A stretch of 64,000 bases of DNA. Source: Eledone cirrhosa. Its lineage: Eukaryota. Positions 24,950 to 37,639 of the stretch are shown here, in pieces; the first letter of the stretch is position 1, and every line of letters begins with the position of its first letter. The stretch lies in the NCBI GenBank assembly GCA_964016885.1, contig OZ024757.1:12338001-12402000 (forward strand), read 5' to 3'. A program made the position numbers and the translations under genes. The notes below the pieces were generated by a model that worked only from the letters and a program-made list of their open reading frames with translations, had not been told where the DNA came from and searched no databases.

Positions 24950-26285
24950 TATCAGGTTGGATATCACGTTACGGTGTTCCTACCACTGTCACCATGGTAG
25001 ACAGTGGTAGGATATCACATTACGGTGTTCCTACCACTGTCACCAGCGACTATGGTGGAGAGTGGTAGGATATCACATTACGGTGTTCCTACCACTGTCA
25101 CCAGCGACTATGGTGGAGAGTGGTAGGATATCACATTACGGTGTTCCTACCACTGTCACCATGGTGGACAGTGGTAGTATATCACGTTACAGTGTTCCTA
25201 CCTCTGTCACCATGGTAGACAGTGGTAGGATATCACATTACGGTGTTCCTACCACTGTCACCATGGTGGACAGTGGTAGGATATCACATTACGGTGTTCC
25301 TACCACTGTCACCATGGTGGACAGTGGTAGTATATCACGTTACAGTGTTCCTACCTCTGTCACCATGGTAGACAGTGGTAGGATATCACGTTACGGTGTT
25401 CCTACCACTGTCACCATGGTGGACAGTGGTAGGATATCACGTTACAGTGTTCCTACCTCTGTCACCATGGTAGACAGTGGTAGGATATCACGTTACGGTG
25501 TTCCTATCACTGTCACCGTGGTGAACAGTGGTAGGATATCACATTACGGTGTTCTTACCACTGTCACCACCGACCATGGTAGACAGTTCGAGTCTCATCT
25601 CTTCCATTTAGGTGTACAACACATTTGAACTGCCAGCCACCATCCAGCTTCGAACAGTATGGTAGAACGCTTCCACCACCAATTGAAGGCCCCCTTGTGT
25701 GCTTAACCTGACCAGCAGTGGTGGAGCAAATACCTCCCTATTGTTCTTCTTGGCTGTTGTTCATTAGTCAGGGAAGATACTCCCCAGCTGGTTTATGGAG
25801 TACCTTTATCTCTGCCAGGTCAGATGTTGGCCCCACTTAACTTATCTGTGTCAGATACCATTGTGTACATAAACAGACTTTGATCGTATTTTAATGATCT
25901 TCCGCCGATGAATCCTAGGCAACAGACTATTAAATCTTTGGTTCCGAAGGACATTGCATGGTCACATGTGTTCCTTAGGAAGGACGCCGTGAGAGGTCCT
26001 CTCACGTTGCCCTACACAGAACCCTATCGTGTTCTTTCACACACCAACAGACTTTTCACCATAGACATTTGTGGGGTAAACAGGCCTTTTCAGACACTCT
26101 TACACCGGAGCCCCATCCCCCGCCCCGCCCCCCCCCCCCCCATACACCGTCCATCATCAAATGCAGGCTACACCTTCACAATTGCACACATCTTCCCCAC
26201 CTCCATCTACATATGTCACAACTATACGGAGTGGCTACCATGTTCACTGGCCCACCAAGCTTTGCAACACTATTTATATATGACC
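24950..26285 (+). mobile_element. Ty3/gypsy integrase remnant with an internal ~54-bp tandem expansion (24950-25590)
   Basis: ISRYGVPTTVT...TDHGRQFESHLF...HHPASNSMVERFHHQLK...KDAVRGPLTLPYTEPYRVL. Confidence 0.85.
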
Positions 26286-26412
26286 TAATTTATGTATAAC
26301 AAACTTTGAACTTGCCTTAAAACATGAACTATTTTTTGTTCAATTTTGCATTCACTTTGTTTGATTTGTGTTAATTATTGCATAGTTGAACTACTTCCAT
26401 CTTTTTTCAGCA

Positions 26413-26765
26413 TTTTGGTACTTCTGTTACCTTGTCAGATATTTTGGTACTTGTGTTACCTTGTCAGATATTTTGGTCCTTGTGTTACCTTGTCAGATAT
26501 TTTGGGACTTGTGTTACCTTTTCAGATATTTTGGTACTTGTGTTACCTTGTCAGATATTTTGGTACTTGTGTTACCTTGTCAGATATTTTGGTACTTGTG
26601 TTACCTTGTCAGATATTTTGGTCCTTGTGTTACCTTTTCAGATATTTTGTGACGTGTGTTACCTCCTCAGATAGTTTGGTACTTGTGTTACCTTGTCAGA
26701 TATTTTAGTACTTGTGTTACCTTTTCAGATATTTTGGTACTTGTGTTACATTCTCAGATATTTTC
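26413..26765. repeat. ~29-bp minisatellite
   Basis: GGTACTTGTGTTACCTTGTCAGATATTTT x~12. Confidence 0.95.
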
Positions 26766-27189
26766 TCATTCTTATCGACCACTTCGCAGTCTAAGCAGAG
26801 GCTGATGTAGCAGCATTATTTCCTATCTTGCAACAACATTCTTTCATGCGCAATTTGGTTACTGGTTCACCAATCATGGAAGTCACGCATGAATATACTG
26901 TTACTTCCGTCCTAGTAAACGGGTTTGAGAGTTCCTGACTGCCAGCAGAAGATGTCCTGAATATTATCCACAAAGATGAATTGAATATTTCCTGTATTGT
27001 TCTGGGATGATCTCTGTAGAATTAAAAAAGGTAGATGGACATATTCTACATTTACTTTAATATAGATTTAAACAAAGATGGTAGAATGGCAGAATTGGTA
27101 GAGCGTCAGATAAAATATCATTGCAATATTTGTTCTGGTTCTTAACATTCTCAGTTCAAATCCTGCCAACATCAAATAATTATTTCAAC

Positions 27190-27970
27190 ATTAAAACTAC
27201 TTACAAGGCGATATCATTATATATGATGTTAATAACAGAGAATTAGATGGGTGTTAAATGTATTAAAACTACTTACAAGATGATATCATTACATATGGTG
27301 TTAATAACAGAGATTTAGATAGGTGTTAGATGTATTAAAACTATTTACAAGATGATATCATTACATATGGTGTTAATAACAGAGATTTAGACGGGTGTTA
27401 GATGTATTAATACTACTTACAAGATGATATCATTACATATGGTGTTAATAACAGAGATTTAGATGGGTGTTAGATGTATTAAAACTATTTACAAGATGAT
27501 ATCATTACATATGGTGTTAATAACAGAGATTTAGATGGGTGTTACATGTATTAAAACTACTTACAAGATGATATCATTACATATGGTGTTAATAACAGAG
27601 ATTTAGATGGGTGTTAGATGTATTAAAACTATTTACAAGATGATATCATTACATATGGTGTTAATAACAGAGATTTAGATGGGTGTTAGATGTATTAGAA
27701 CTACTTACAAGATGATATCATTATATATGGTGTTAATAACAGAGATTTAGATGGGTGTTAAATGTATTAAAACTACTTACAAGATGATATCATTACATAT
27801 GGTGTTAATAACAGAGATTTAGACGGGTGCTAGATGTATTATAACTACTAACAAGATGATATCATTAGATATGGTGTTAATAACAGAGATTTAGATGGGT
27901 GTTACATGTATTAAAACTACTTACAAGATGATATCATTACATATGGTGTTAATAACAGAGATTTAGATGG
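27190..27970. repeat. 72-bp minisatellite (~11 copies; ~7 inverted copies at 43368-43870)
   Basis: AAGATGATATCATTACATATGGTGTTAATAACAGAGATTTAGATGGGTG with period 72 (27421, 27493). Confidence 0.95.
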
Positions 27971-28169
27971 CAAAATAACAAAAAGTTGAAGTTACAGACT
28001 TGATAAATTCCTTAAATATAATTCTTTTATTAACATCAAATAGAATGAAATTTAGGACATAAATACACTTCATAAAATTAATTATGAAAAATTAATAAAT
28101 TATTTACAAAACAAAAAATCAATAAAAAAAAAGGGAGTTAGAAAGAAAAAGAAAAGCAGGTAAAACTAC

Positions 28170-28575
28170 TCCTTCAATTACTATAACAGAGAACGTTGGT
28201 GTTACCCTCTAAAATTTCTGAGACTAGACACTCACAGCATTACCTCAGGTGATAGAGGGCCCTCCAATTACACACTACAACAGGGAATGTTGGTGTAGGC
28301 CTCTAAAATTCATCATAGCAGAGAACACATTACCTCAGATGATAGAGGGTCCCTTAATTACACACACTATAGGACGGAATGTCGGTGTAGGGCTCTAAAA
28401 TTCATCATAGCAGAAAATACATTATCTCAGATGATAGAGGGTCCCTTAATTACACACACGACAAGAGGGAATGTTGGTGTAGGCCCCTAAGATTTAACAT
28501 AGCAGACAAGACATTACCTCAGGTGATAGAGGGTCCCTTAATTACACACACTATAGCAGGGAATGTTGGTGTTGA
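28170..28575. repeat. ~91-bp tandem repeat in the ZF 3' flank
   Basis: CATTACCTCAGGTGATAGAGGGTCCC..GGGAATGTTGGTGT at 28238, 28328, 28420, 28512; relatives at 42860-43160, 58120-58745 and 49676-49770. Confidence 0.9.
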
Positions 28576-28956
28576 CAAACCAATGATGAAATTTCTGGCA
28601 TAGATTTAAAATTAATTCAAAAAGTCAAGAATAGATCAGAGAAAGATTTTAATTTCAAATGAAAATATATTTGTAAAAATGGCCAGCAATGTTTGGAGTC
28701 TATCAAACTGCCAAGTATTCACATTTGATATTGGTGGAAAATAAGTTTAGATTTGTAAGAGGAAGGATGTCTCATGTTTCACAGTTAAATACTTTCCTTC
28801 CTCTCTATGTTTGTGTCTAAATAACTGTTAGAGAAAAAACATTTCCCACATATTTCATTGTGTAAAACGTTTTTCACCAGTGTTTGTTATTTTGTGTTTA
28901 TTATATTCACTGTTACTAATGAAAGATTTTCCACATATTTCACAGTGATAGCGTTT

Positions 28957-29850
28957 CTATCCAGTATATGTTCTTTTGTGTTTAGTTAAGACATTACTCC
29001 TGCCAAAAGATTTCCCACATGTTTCACAGTGATAGGGTCTCTCTCCTGTATGTGTTCTTTTGTGTTTATTATAATGACTGTTACTAATAAAAGAGTTCCC
29101 ACATATTTTACAGTGGAAAGGCTTTTCTCCTGTGTGAGTACGTATGTGGACAATGAGATCAGGAGAATTTGTAAAAGATTTCCCACATATTTCACAGTGA
29201 TAGGATTTCTCTCCAGTATGTGTTCTTTTATGTACAGTTAAGGAATGGCTTGTTACAAACGCTTTCCCACATATTTCACAATGGAAGTATTTCTCTCCAG
29301 TGTGTCTTCTTCTGTGAACTATAAGAACAGCATTATGAGCAAAATATTTCCCACATATTTCACAGTGAAAAGTTTTCTCTCCGGTGTGAATACGTATATG
29401 TCTAACAAGATTGGCTTTCTCAGTGAAAGATTTCTCACATATTTCACAGTGAAATGGTTTTTCCCCACTGTGACTATGTAAATGCCTAATTAAATTGGCA
29501 TTTTGGCTGAAAGATTTCCCACATATTTCACAATGAAAAGGTTTCTCTCTTGTGTGACTTTTTATGTGTTCACGAAGATGAGGAGTTTTAGAGAAAGATT
29601 TTCCAAATATTTCACAATGATGGGGTTTGTCTTTAATATGTATGTGTTTGTGTGTAGATAATTCATGTTCTGATGAGAAAGTTTTCCTACAAATCTCACA
29701 GCTATATTCAGGAATATTTCTGTATAATGATCCTTGTTCAGTACATGTTTCACTGGGTAAAGGTTTCTCACCACTGTATCTCTGTATAACTCTATCTATA
29801 TTGGTAGAAACAGGTGTGTTAGAAATGTCCAAGGGTTTAACATCTTCCAT
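28957..29850 (-). CDS. C2H2 zinc-finger protein, 9 fingers (two imperfect)
   Basis: Open ORF (312 aa from 29895; likely start MEDVKPL at 29850, shared with paralogs); TAG replaces the linker Glu, with decayed fingers continuing to ~28760. Confidence 0.85.
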   Translation of the reverse strand: MEDVKPLDISNTPVSTNIDRVIQRYSGEKPLPSETCTEQGSLYRNIPEYSCEICRKTFSSEHELSTHKHIHIKDKPHHCEIFGKSFSKTPHLREHIKSHTREKPFHCEICGKSFSQNANLIRHLHSHSGEKPFHCEICEKSFTEKANLVRHIRIHTGEKTFHCEICGKYFAHNAVLIVHRRRHTGEKYFHCEICGKAFVTSHSLTVHKRTHTGEKSYHCEICGKSFTNSPDLIVHIRTHTGEKPFHCKICGNSFISNSHYNKHKRTHTGERPYHCETCGKSFGRSNVLTKHKRTYTG

Positions 29851-29933
29851 TGTAATTCTTGAAGAATTCTCTAAACTCGAGAAGACATATGACAATGTAT
29901 GAGTAATTTGGGGTAAGAAATGGCCCTCTATGT

Positions 29934-30000
<67 letters not shown>

Positions 30001-30003
<3 letters not shown>

Positions 30004-30704
30004 GTGTAAGGAATTCTTTTACAATGGAATTAGCTCGAAAGGAAATATTCCTGAGCCGTGTATAAAAGTAATATATATGAGTAATATATATGTTGAAACA
30101 GATACCAACATATCTGTATTTATATTGCAAAAGAAAGTTAGCCAGACTGAAGAATATTAATTATTATACCACAGTTCGTCCACATCGATTTAAAATAATA
30201 ATAATAATAAATCGACAAAAACTAGTTGTGCTGCCAAATGGCAATGATGTTTATACATATTTAAATTTCAAAGTCAAACCTGTTCAGTAGATAAGTTTAA
30301 ACCTCAAAATCCAAACATGTTTCGAGATGGATATAAGTGTAGGAATATCATGCCACTGCTCTCCTCAGTAAACATCCAGAGACAATTGATAAGCTTCACT
30401 TCTAAATACTTTAAAAGACTGTGTGACGCACATGGGTTCACAGATTCAGGCTAGTCTCATAACCGTACTGCTAGAAATAACAGTCGTATATATGAGGCGA
30501 AATTTAGCTCGTATATGTATAAACATCATTGCCATTTGGCAGCACAACTAGTTTTTGTCGATTTATTATTATTATTATTTTAAATCGATGTGGACGAACT
30601 GTGGTATAATAATTAATATTCTTCAGTCTGGCTAACTTTCTTTTGCAATATAAATACAGATATGTTGGTATCTGTTTCAACATATATATTACTCATATAT
30701 ATTA

Positions 30705-30710
<6 letters not shown>
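30001..30710 (-). mobile_element. ~510-bp hammerhead-bearing unit plus ~200-bp inverted tail, inserted in a TA site
   Basis: 30061-30260 is the reverse complement of 30512-30711; AATT(T)AGCTCG at both ends of the unit; absent from the paralogous site at ~41495-41510. Confidence 0.85.
30308..30373 (-). ncRNA. Type I hammerhead ribozyme motif
   Basis: GTTTA-CTGAGGA-GAG...CTC-GAAA-CATG-TT-TGGAT; palindromic AACATGTT; stem I weak (G-U rich). Confidence 0.7.
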
Positions 30711-30760
<50 letters not shown>

Positions 30761-31624
30761 CGGGTGCGTATCGATGTATATGCGAGCAGTCCTAGCAAAC
30801 CCGGTTTGTTCACCACGGAGTGTAGTAAAGTACACAATATCTGCTGTGGTAACAATACAAATAATACGTACTTTATATTTCAAGTCCAAGTGTAAAGTCA
30901 AGAAAGACCAGGGAAGCTAATTGTTCAGATGTTGGTGATTTAAACCTATTTCTCACTGTCCTATAAAATGTGGAACAACCAATTCACGATGTAGCGTAGT
31001 TTCTCATGAAATGAAATATTTAATCATGTAGGAGATGGAACACCTACCCTAGAACATGTAGCTCACTCTATGTTATCTACAGAATATTAACTTTCACCTT
31101 AACATGAGATAATTGCTATACAAGATATAATTAGATTAATTAAAGTTATAATTAACATAGCAGGTACGTGGTGTCGTTGGTAATGTTTACCAGCTCTTAA
31201 ACAACGCAGGTGTCATACGTTAAAAGTCCCTGACATAATTTAATACCTTCAGAAAGATCTTCAGTTATATCAATTCACTCCATCAACTGTATCCAACCCA
31301 TGCTAAGACAAGCAGCATCACTCAGGGAAATATTTATTACGTATCAACGAGGGAGTCTCATACCTGGTTACTTGACCTGGTAGAAATAGCAGCCAAATAT
31401 AACTCTCTACTGTCTTACAACAACAAAGACCATATTCTGCAGTTTACTCACACACACACACATGTATGTATACATATATATATATATATATATAAACATG
31501 ATGGTCACGGCTGGAACAACTTTAATTATAAGTCTCCTCAATCATACTAACATTGGATTTAAATTGAGCAAAGTCGGAGTTGTCTCCCTTGGTACTTTAC
31601 TACGCCACGTTTGTTTATATATTC

Positions 31625-34482
31625 CATCATCATCATCTTCAACATTATCATTTAACGTTTATTTTTATCACACCTGCTTGGGTTAAACAGGTTGTCACGT
31701 TATGAGACATGTCAGGTGTGGAGACCAGGTCTCATATGGATGTGTATTTTGGTTTGGTTTCTAAGGCTGGATGTCCTTCTTAACACGAAACACGTTACAA
31801 TGTGGACTGCACACTTTTGTATGACCACCTTACAGGATGAACTGGGTGTTTTTTATTGTTGTAGCATCAACGAGGTGTGTGGGATATTTAGTAGGTGAGG
31901 GCAGGGTCTTATGAATGGGGAGGGGTGAAGAGAAGATTGGTGCAGACTAGTGTGTTCTCTACATGTTTGTATTATTTCATGTTCAGCACATGGGAAGGGG
32001 GGGGGGTCTTCTACAGAACAGCATGACGCCAGGGGTCTCGATCCAGTGACATTTCCATTGAGAGGTTTAATTGGGCAAGGTGAGCTTTTATTATTTCATC
32101 CCAAGCTTTCCTAGGTCTTCCCCTTTCATAGTTAACATCGACTTTGACAAGCCTGTACCTTTTTATACAGCTGTCACCTTCCATATACATCACATGTCCA
32201 AACCACCACAATCTCCTCTCCTCTACACTGCATCTGACCTCTCTTATGCCTAATTTCTCTCTCAGTTTATTAATGCTTGTTGTTCATGCACACTATTACA
32301 CATCTATCAGATCATGTAAACTTCATTTCTTTCCAGTCTTTATAGGTCCTCTGAATATATTGCCCTGGTCTCACTTCAATATAACATTGTTGTTCGTACA
32401 CAGACTTCATACAATCTGCCTTTCACTTTCAGGGGAAATCATTTTGTAGGCAGCAGTAGTAGTAGCTCCCTAAACTTTTTCCATCCCATTCTCACTCAGG
32501 CTACTGTACCTCAGAACACCCACCTCCACTGTTAATTTGGTCATCTAGTTAACAGAAATTATTAACTGGTTTCTACAGAGCCTTCTGGACATTTAACCCT
32601 TTAGCATTTTAACCAGCGATATCCAACCAGAATACTCTCACATTTTTCTGTTCAAACCGGCCATAACTGGCCAATCATACTGGCGTTAAGGTATTGTTCT
32701 CAATATAAATAATATCAAAATCTCATAGATTCGATATTATATGAGATAAGTATGTAAGATAAAGCCTTTAGCACAAAAATACAATAGTATATAAAGAGTA
32801 ATGTAAATGCTAAAGGGTTAAAGTAGCTTATTTTTTTGTGAGCTGCTGCTACTTATTGCTCTTGTGCATCAAGCACATTAAAAAACTTATATTCTTTTTC
32901 TAATCTCACTGAGATCCCACTACATCTCTTGTTTATCCATAGTTGGAATTTCTACCTACTCCTTTCCTTTAGACTGAGCAAGGCTATTTTCTTGAGGGGA
33001 TATAGACCCTGCTTTCCTTTCTATTTTGCCAAGTCAACTTTAAGACATTTTCATTCTAGGCCATGCTTCCAGATTTGGAATTTCTCCTCTAATTTTACCA
33101 TAGATTAAGCTACAAGGGTTAAATCATGTGCATACAGGAGTTCCCATGGACAGCCAGTCTTAAACTCTTATGCAATAGCCTGCAGGATGAAAATAAACAG
33201 AAGAGGCTTAATAACAGAGCCCTGATAGACTTGCTCACTCAATTCCTCAATATAGCCATCATTACTTTTAACCTTACTGACTGCTCCTCCATACATGGCT
33301 TTTACTGCTCTCACAAGCCACTCATATACCCCTAGTTTTCTAAGTTACACACCAGATTATGGAACGGGCAAGTCTCACAGAAGCTCTCTCTGGGTCAACA
33401 AATGCCAAGTAGAGGGGTTTATATTAGCTAGGTACTGCTCTTGCAGTTGCCACACAAGGAAGAGGACATCAGTGGTACTTTTACTTGGCACAAATCCAAA
33501 CTTCATCTCATCTAGATTAACTTGGTCCCTAATCAGCTGTGTTATAACTCTAACACCTTCATGAAGTGTTCCATCTAATGTCTCTATAGTTTTCTAGCTC
33601 TAGTACATCTCCTTTGCCCTTGTAGCAGTTGATGATGATGATACTACACCATTTATTTGGTATGACACCATTTTGTATTACTTGCTGTATGATACCAGTG
33701 GTTAAGATGTGACCCACCACCCCAGATACTTTCAGTATCTCAGCAACTATCACCAATGGACAAGATACTTTCTCTGTCTTTATATCCTTAATTACCTTAC
33801 TACGCTACAGCTTACTTGTATGGCTGGACCCTCTGTTGGGCCCACTTTCAGTAGACTATCTTCCTCCAATGCATTCTCCTCATTCAGTAATCTTTCATAA
33901 AGGCATTTCCATGTTACAAAGGTTGGCTGAAAAGTTAATAGACTATCAATGATAGCATGATGCTAGAGCTGTGAAATCTTGCCGGCATTAATTTCAACTC
34001 TTCTTATTTATAACTGCATTGTTTCCTTCCAGGGACTATGTTGAAAAATAAACCTCATTTGGTCATTCCATGAGAGTATCTTGGTCTGCCTATGAACTTT
34101 TCAGCTGACCCTATTCAGCATCAGTGAGGACAAGTGCCCCTTTATCATCCTGGACACACTTTACCCCAACATCACAATTTTCCCTCACACACTGCCTCAC
34201 AATCCTGAACATCTCATGTATTTCGTCCTCACATCATAAAACCAGCTGAAATTATATATTCTCTGCTTCCCTCCTTGCAAAGAATACTTCTTGCCTAGCT
34301 TCCTGGTAGTGTACCCTCCAGCTTCCCCCATTCTGCCATTATTCCATGCCTGTCTCTTGGCCTTAACTGTCTCATCTACACTAGTGTTTTACCACCAAGT
34401 TACTCTCCTTCTCTCTGAAGCCCTGCTCCAGCCACAGATCTAGTTTGATACCTTCAGAAAAGTTTCTTTGAGGAACTTCCAC
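31625..34482 (-). mobile_element. Degenerate RTE LINE
   Basis: WFGHVMYMEGDSCIK, QVIQNGVIPNKWCSIIIINCYKGKGD; mirrored at 37640-40620. Confidence 0.9.
32597..32817. mobile_element. TTAA-specific (piggyBac-type) MITE
   Basis: TTAA|CCCTTTAGCATTT...AAATGCTAAAGGG|TTAA, inserted into the RTE; paralog 39421-39641. Confidence 0.88.
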
Positions 34483-35280
34483 CGTGCAACGCCGGGTACC
34501 ACTGTTACTATATATATAAAACTGAGGATGTCTGTCTGTGTGTGTGTTTGAATCCCTAAAACTTCAGAAGCACCAAACCGACTGTTTTCAAACTTTACAC
34601 ATGTAATACTTATGTTTCAGGGAGTGTTCTGAGCAAAACAAATTTCAAATGTTCAATGCCCTAGGGACCGCATTAGGCGATTTAGCGATCTCTCTTTATA
34701 ATTCTTAGTCTTTCTCTTTTTAGATAGATACATACATATAACGTCGCGTCCTTATAATATCTGTCTGCATTACGTCACTTCCCTGAGGATGTCTGTATGT
34801 GTGTGTGTGTCTGTGTGTGTGTGTGTGTCTGTGAGTTTGAATCCCTAAAATTCGAGAAGTACCCAACCGATTCTTTTCAAACTTTACATGTGTATTACTT
34901 ATGTTTCAGGGAGTGTTCTGCACATAAGAAATTCAACTTTTTGATCCCCTAGGGCCCATATTACGTGAAAAACTGCGTTTTTTTTCAGGTTTTTAGGGGT
35001 TTTTGAGGTGTTACGTCATACCGATTTCCTTGAAATTGTAACTATGTATTAGTCAGTCTCTTCTTCATAGCGCGAGCAAAGTAAATCCAACTTTTTTATG
35101 GTCTAGAGTGAAAAACTTCATTTTTTCAGCTTCTTAAGGCTTTTTGGAGGCGTTATGTCTAGCCGATTTTCCTGACATTTCAAGGCATATTATGCACATA
35201 AAAAATATTCATTTTCTTGATCCCCCAGGGCCCGCATTAGGTGAAAACCTGCATTAAAAGAACAGATTAAAGTTTAAGCA

Positions 35281-35315
<35 letters not shown>

Positions 35316-35325
35316 TGTATATGTA

Positions 35326-35365
<40 letters not shown>

Positions 35366-35680
35366 TGTATATGTATATATATATATATGAGTGTATATGT
35401 ATGTGTGGGGAAATTTCTGTCCATGAATATGATTGTATATTCATTTGTGTATATGTATATCTATATGTGAGTATAATTACGTGTGTATAAATATGTGTAT
35501 CTGTGTGTACATATGTGTATATTTATATATGTGTTCTTATATAGATGTGTGCACATCTGGATATATGTTCAGCGTCTGCTCTAGCTCTCAGAGTAAAAAT
35601 CCCACTGAGGTGAAGCTGCTTCTATAATTTGAGGTCCATAAATGAAATACTGATTCTGGCTGTCATTGTGTGTCTACTCT

Positions 35681-35794
<114 letters not shown>

Positions 35795-35889
35795 ATTATA
35801 TATAAATATATAACAAAGGAATTGTGGCAAGGAACCAGATGGACCATAACGCACCAGAGTACTCAATACTTAGAGTAGTAGAGTGGGAA

Positions 35890-36006
35890 ATAGGAAAAAG
35901 TATGACCCCGACCGCAGAGCTCAAGCCGTTTCGACGGCTATTTCTGGACTCGAAGTAGCCCTCGAAACGGCTTGAGCTCTGCCGTCGGGGTCATACTTTT
36001 TCCTAT
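35890..36006. repeat. Foldback palindrome containing the 3' half of a hammerhead
   Basis: Arms 35890-35944 / 35952-36006; GAAA-CGGC ttgagctct GCCG-TC at 35964-35986. Confidence 0.88.
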
Positions 36007-36034
36007 ATATATATATATGTGTGTGTGTGTGTAA

Positions 36035-36665
36035 TTATAATAGAATATAAAAGAAAAACGAACACAGACATATACATATATGTGTTCAAATCGCAAGGGG
36101 CCAGATTCGTTAAGGTGAAAAGAATACTAACTATAGATAATAAGGTTTGCCTGTCTCAATTTAAGAATAAATCAAGAAAATAAATACAAACCGGAATTGT
36201 GGTAACTACCAATCACCCAGACAGCTCTTGGTGCTGTTTCGCAATATTAATTGAGAATAGAAATACCAATTCTTGCTCATCAGTGGGTGATGAATTAGTA
36301 TCGTAGACACTTCTAAGTATATTAAGTAACTGAATAGTGTGCTATATATAACAACGCACGTGGTATCTTAGCGTGTCTCACAAACTTACACCACTAAAAA
36401 TAGCAGCCAGGTTTATTCGACATTTGAAATAGCTCAACAAATTAACGGAGCCGAATATATCAAAGGTATATATTGAGTTAGAAAGTCAAAATAGTCTCTT
36501 ACAATAAAATAGCTCTAAGAAAGAAAGAGATATTTCCGAGCCCTATATTATAATTGAATATAAAAGAAAAACGAACTCAGATATATACATATATGTGTTC
36601 AAATCGGTTTGTATTTATTTTCTTCATTTATTCTTAAATTGAGACTGGCAAACCCTATTGTCTTG
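36035..36665 (-). mobile_element. ~515-bp hammerhead-bearing unit with terminal direct repeat and inverted tail
   Basis: 36043-36093 repeated at 36556-36605; 36605-36662 is the reverse complement of 36136-36192. Confidence 0.85.
36212..36291 (-). ncRNA. Complete type I hammerhead ribozyme with stable stem III
   Basis: ATCACCCA-CTGATGA-GCAA...TTGC-GAAA-CAGC accaaga GCTG-TC-TGGGTGAT; canonical GUC site. Confidence 0.95.
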
Positions 36666-37639
36666 GCGCACCTGAAGCCTGTTATACCTTCCTAGGGTGC
36701 TTGGAAAAATTTATTTCCGTATCTTTCGCTAGGCGATATCACTCAGAAGGGCTGACACGCGGTAAGGTTGAGCCGACAGAGCCTGCAGTCGCCGCATGCT
36801 GTTTGACTGCTAAACAAAGACATAATCTTTACTCTATAATACAATTTAAGTTTCTTCATAAAAGACACAAATTTTAAACTGTTTAATTTTCAATTTTCTA
36901 ATTTCTTAAATTTTATAATGTTAATATTAAATATTAAATTTGTGTAACTTCATCCTATAGATCTAAACAAAAATTTAACGTTCCAATCTTCTGCTCACAC
37001 ATTGTAACATGCAGACCCCCACTATATTTACCTCTGTTAAGATACGGGTCCTTTAGAATAACATTTTTTCGCGCCACTCCTGGCCTGACTAGCTTGACAT
37101 TAGTACGGACTTCTCTTCCTCTTTCTTTCTGTCTTTCTTCTTGTAGCTCGACATTAACGCTGACTTTTCTTCTTCTTCCTTTTCTTCCCCTTTCTTTCTG
37201 TCTTTTTTCGTGTAGCATGATATTAACGCTGACTTATCTTCCTCTCCCTTTCTATTTGACCGGGAGGGTAGTAGCACACTAAAAGCTTTACCCCCCTCAC
37301 CAGATGGCCTCAAGTAGACTGAATAGCCAACACTTTAGGGCGACCGGCTGAAGTGAAAGATGGCGGCCCGCATTCCAAAATACCTTATCCCGTGCAATGC
37401 CGGGTACCACTGCTAGTATATATATATATGTATATAAGAGGGTCTTAACGTTTACCCGACAACCACTTCAACACCTATTGATAAGGTGAGCATGCCAGTC
37501 AGATTTTTATCCTCACCAGAAGATGAGATATTGACATTTGTAAACACACAATCCCCACCCCCTGGGGAAGAATGAACCTCCCAACATAACCCAGTAGTTA
37601 GTGATTTCATAGACTTAGATTAACTTGAAGACTGAGGGC

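Larger units (their letters stand above)
27190..34482. repeat. Left arm of ~7-kb inverted segmental duplication (partner 37763-43870)
   Basis: Collinear reverse complement covering minisatellites, ZF gene, upstream module, RTE and MITE; mirrored ORF pairs such as 32011-32211 / 40028-40228. Confidence 0.95.

Noticed and set aside
26791-27015. Possible minus-strand exon (TTCTACAG acceptor near 27015; 60-aa ORF)
   Set aside because: No recognisable domain; paralogous sites at 45010 and 56970 differ; unsupported without transcripts
27190-27970. Regular arrays (also 26413-26765, 44100-44460, 58120-58745) as CRISPR
   Set aside because: Contiguous tandem units with no unique spacers
29029-29902. 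Antisense and alternate-frame ORFs over ZF and RTE sequences
   Set aside because: Shadow ORFs from repetitive codon structure
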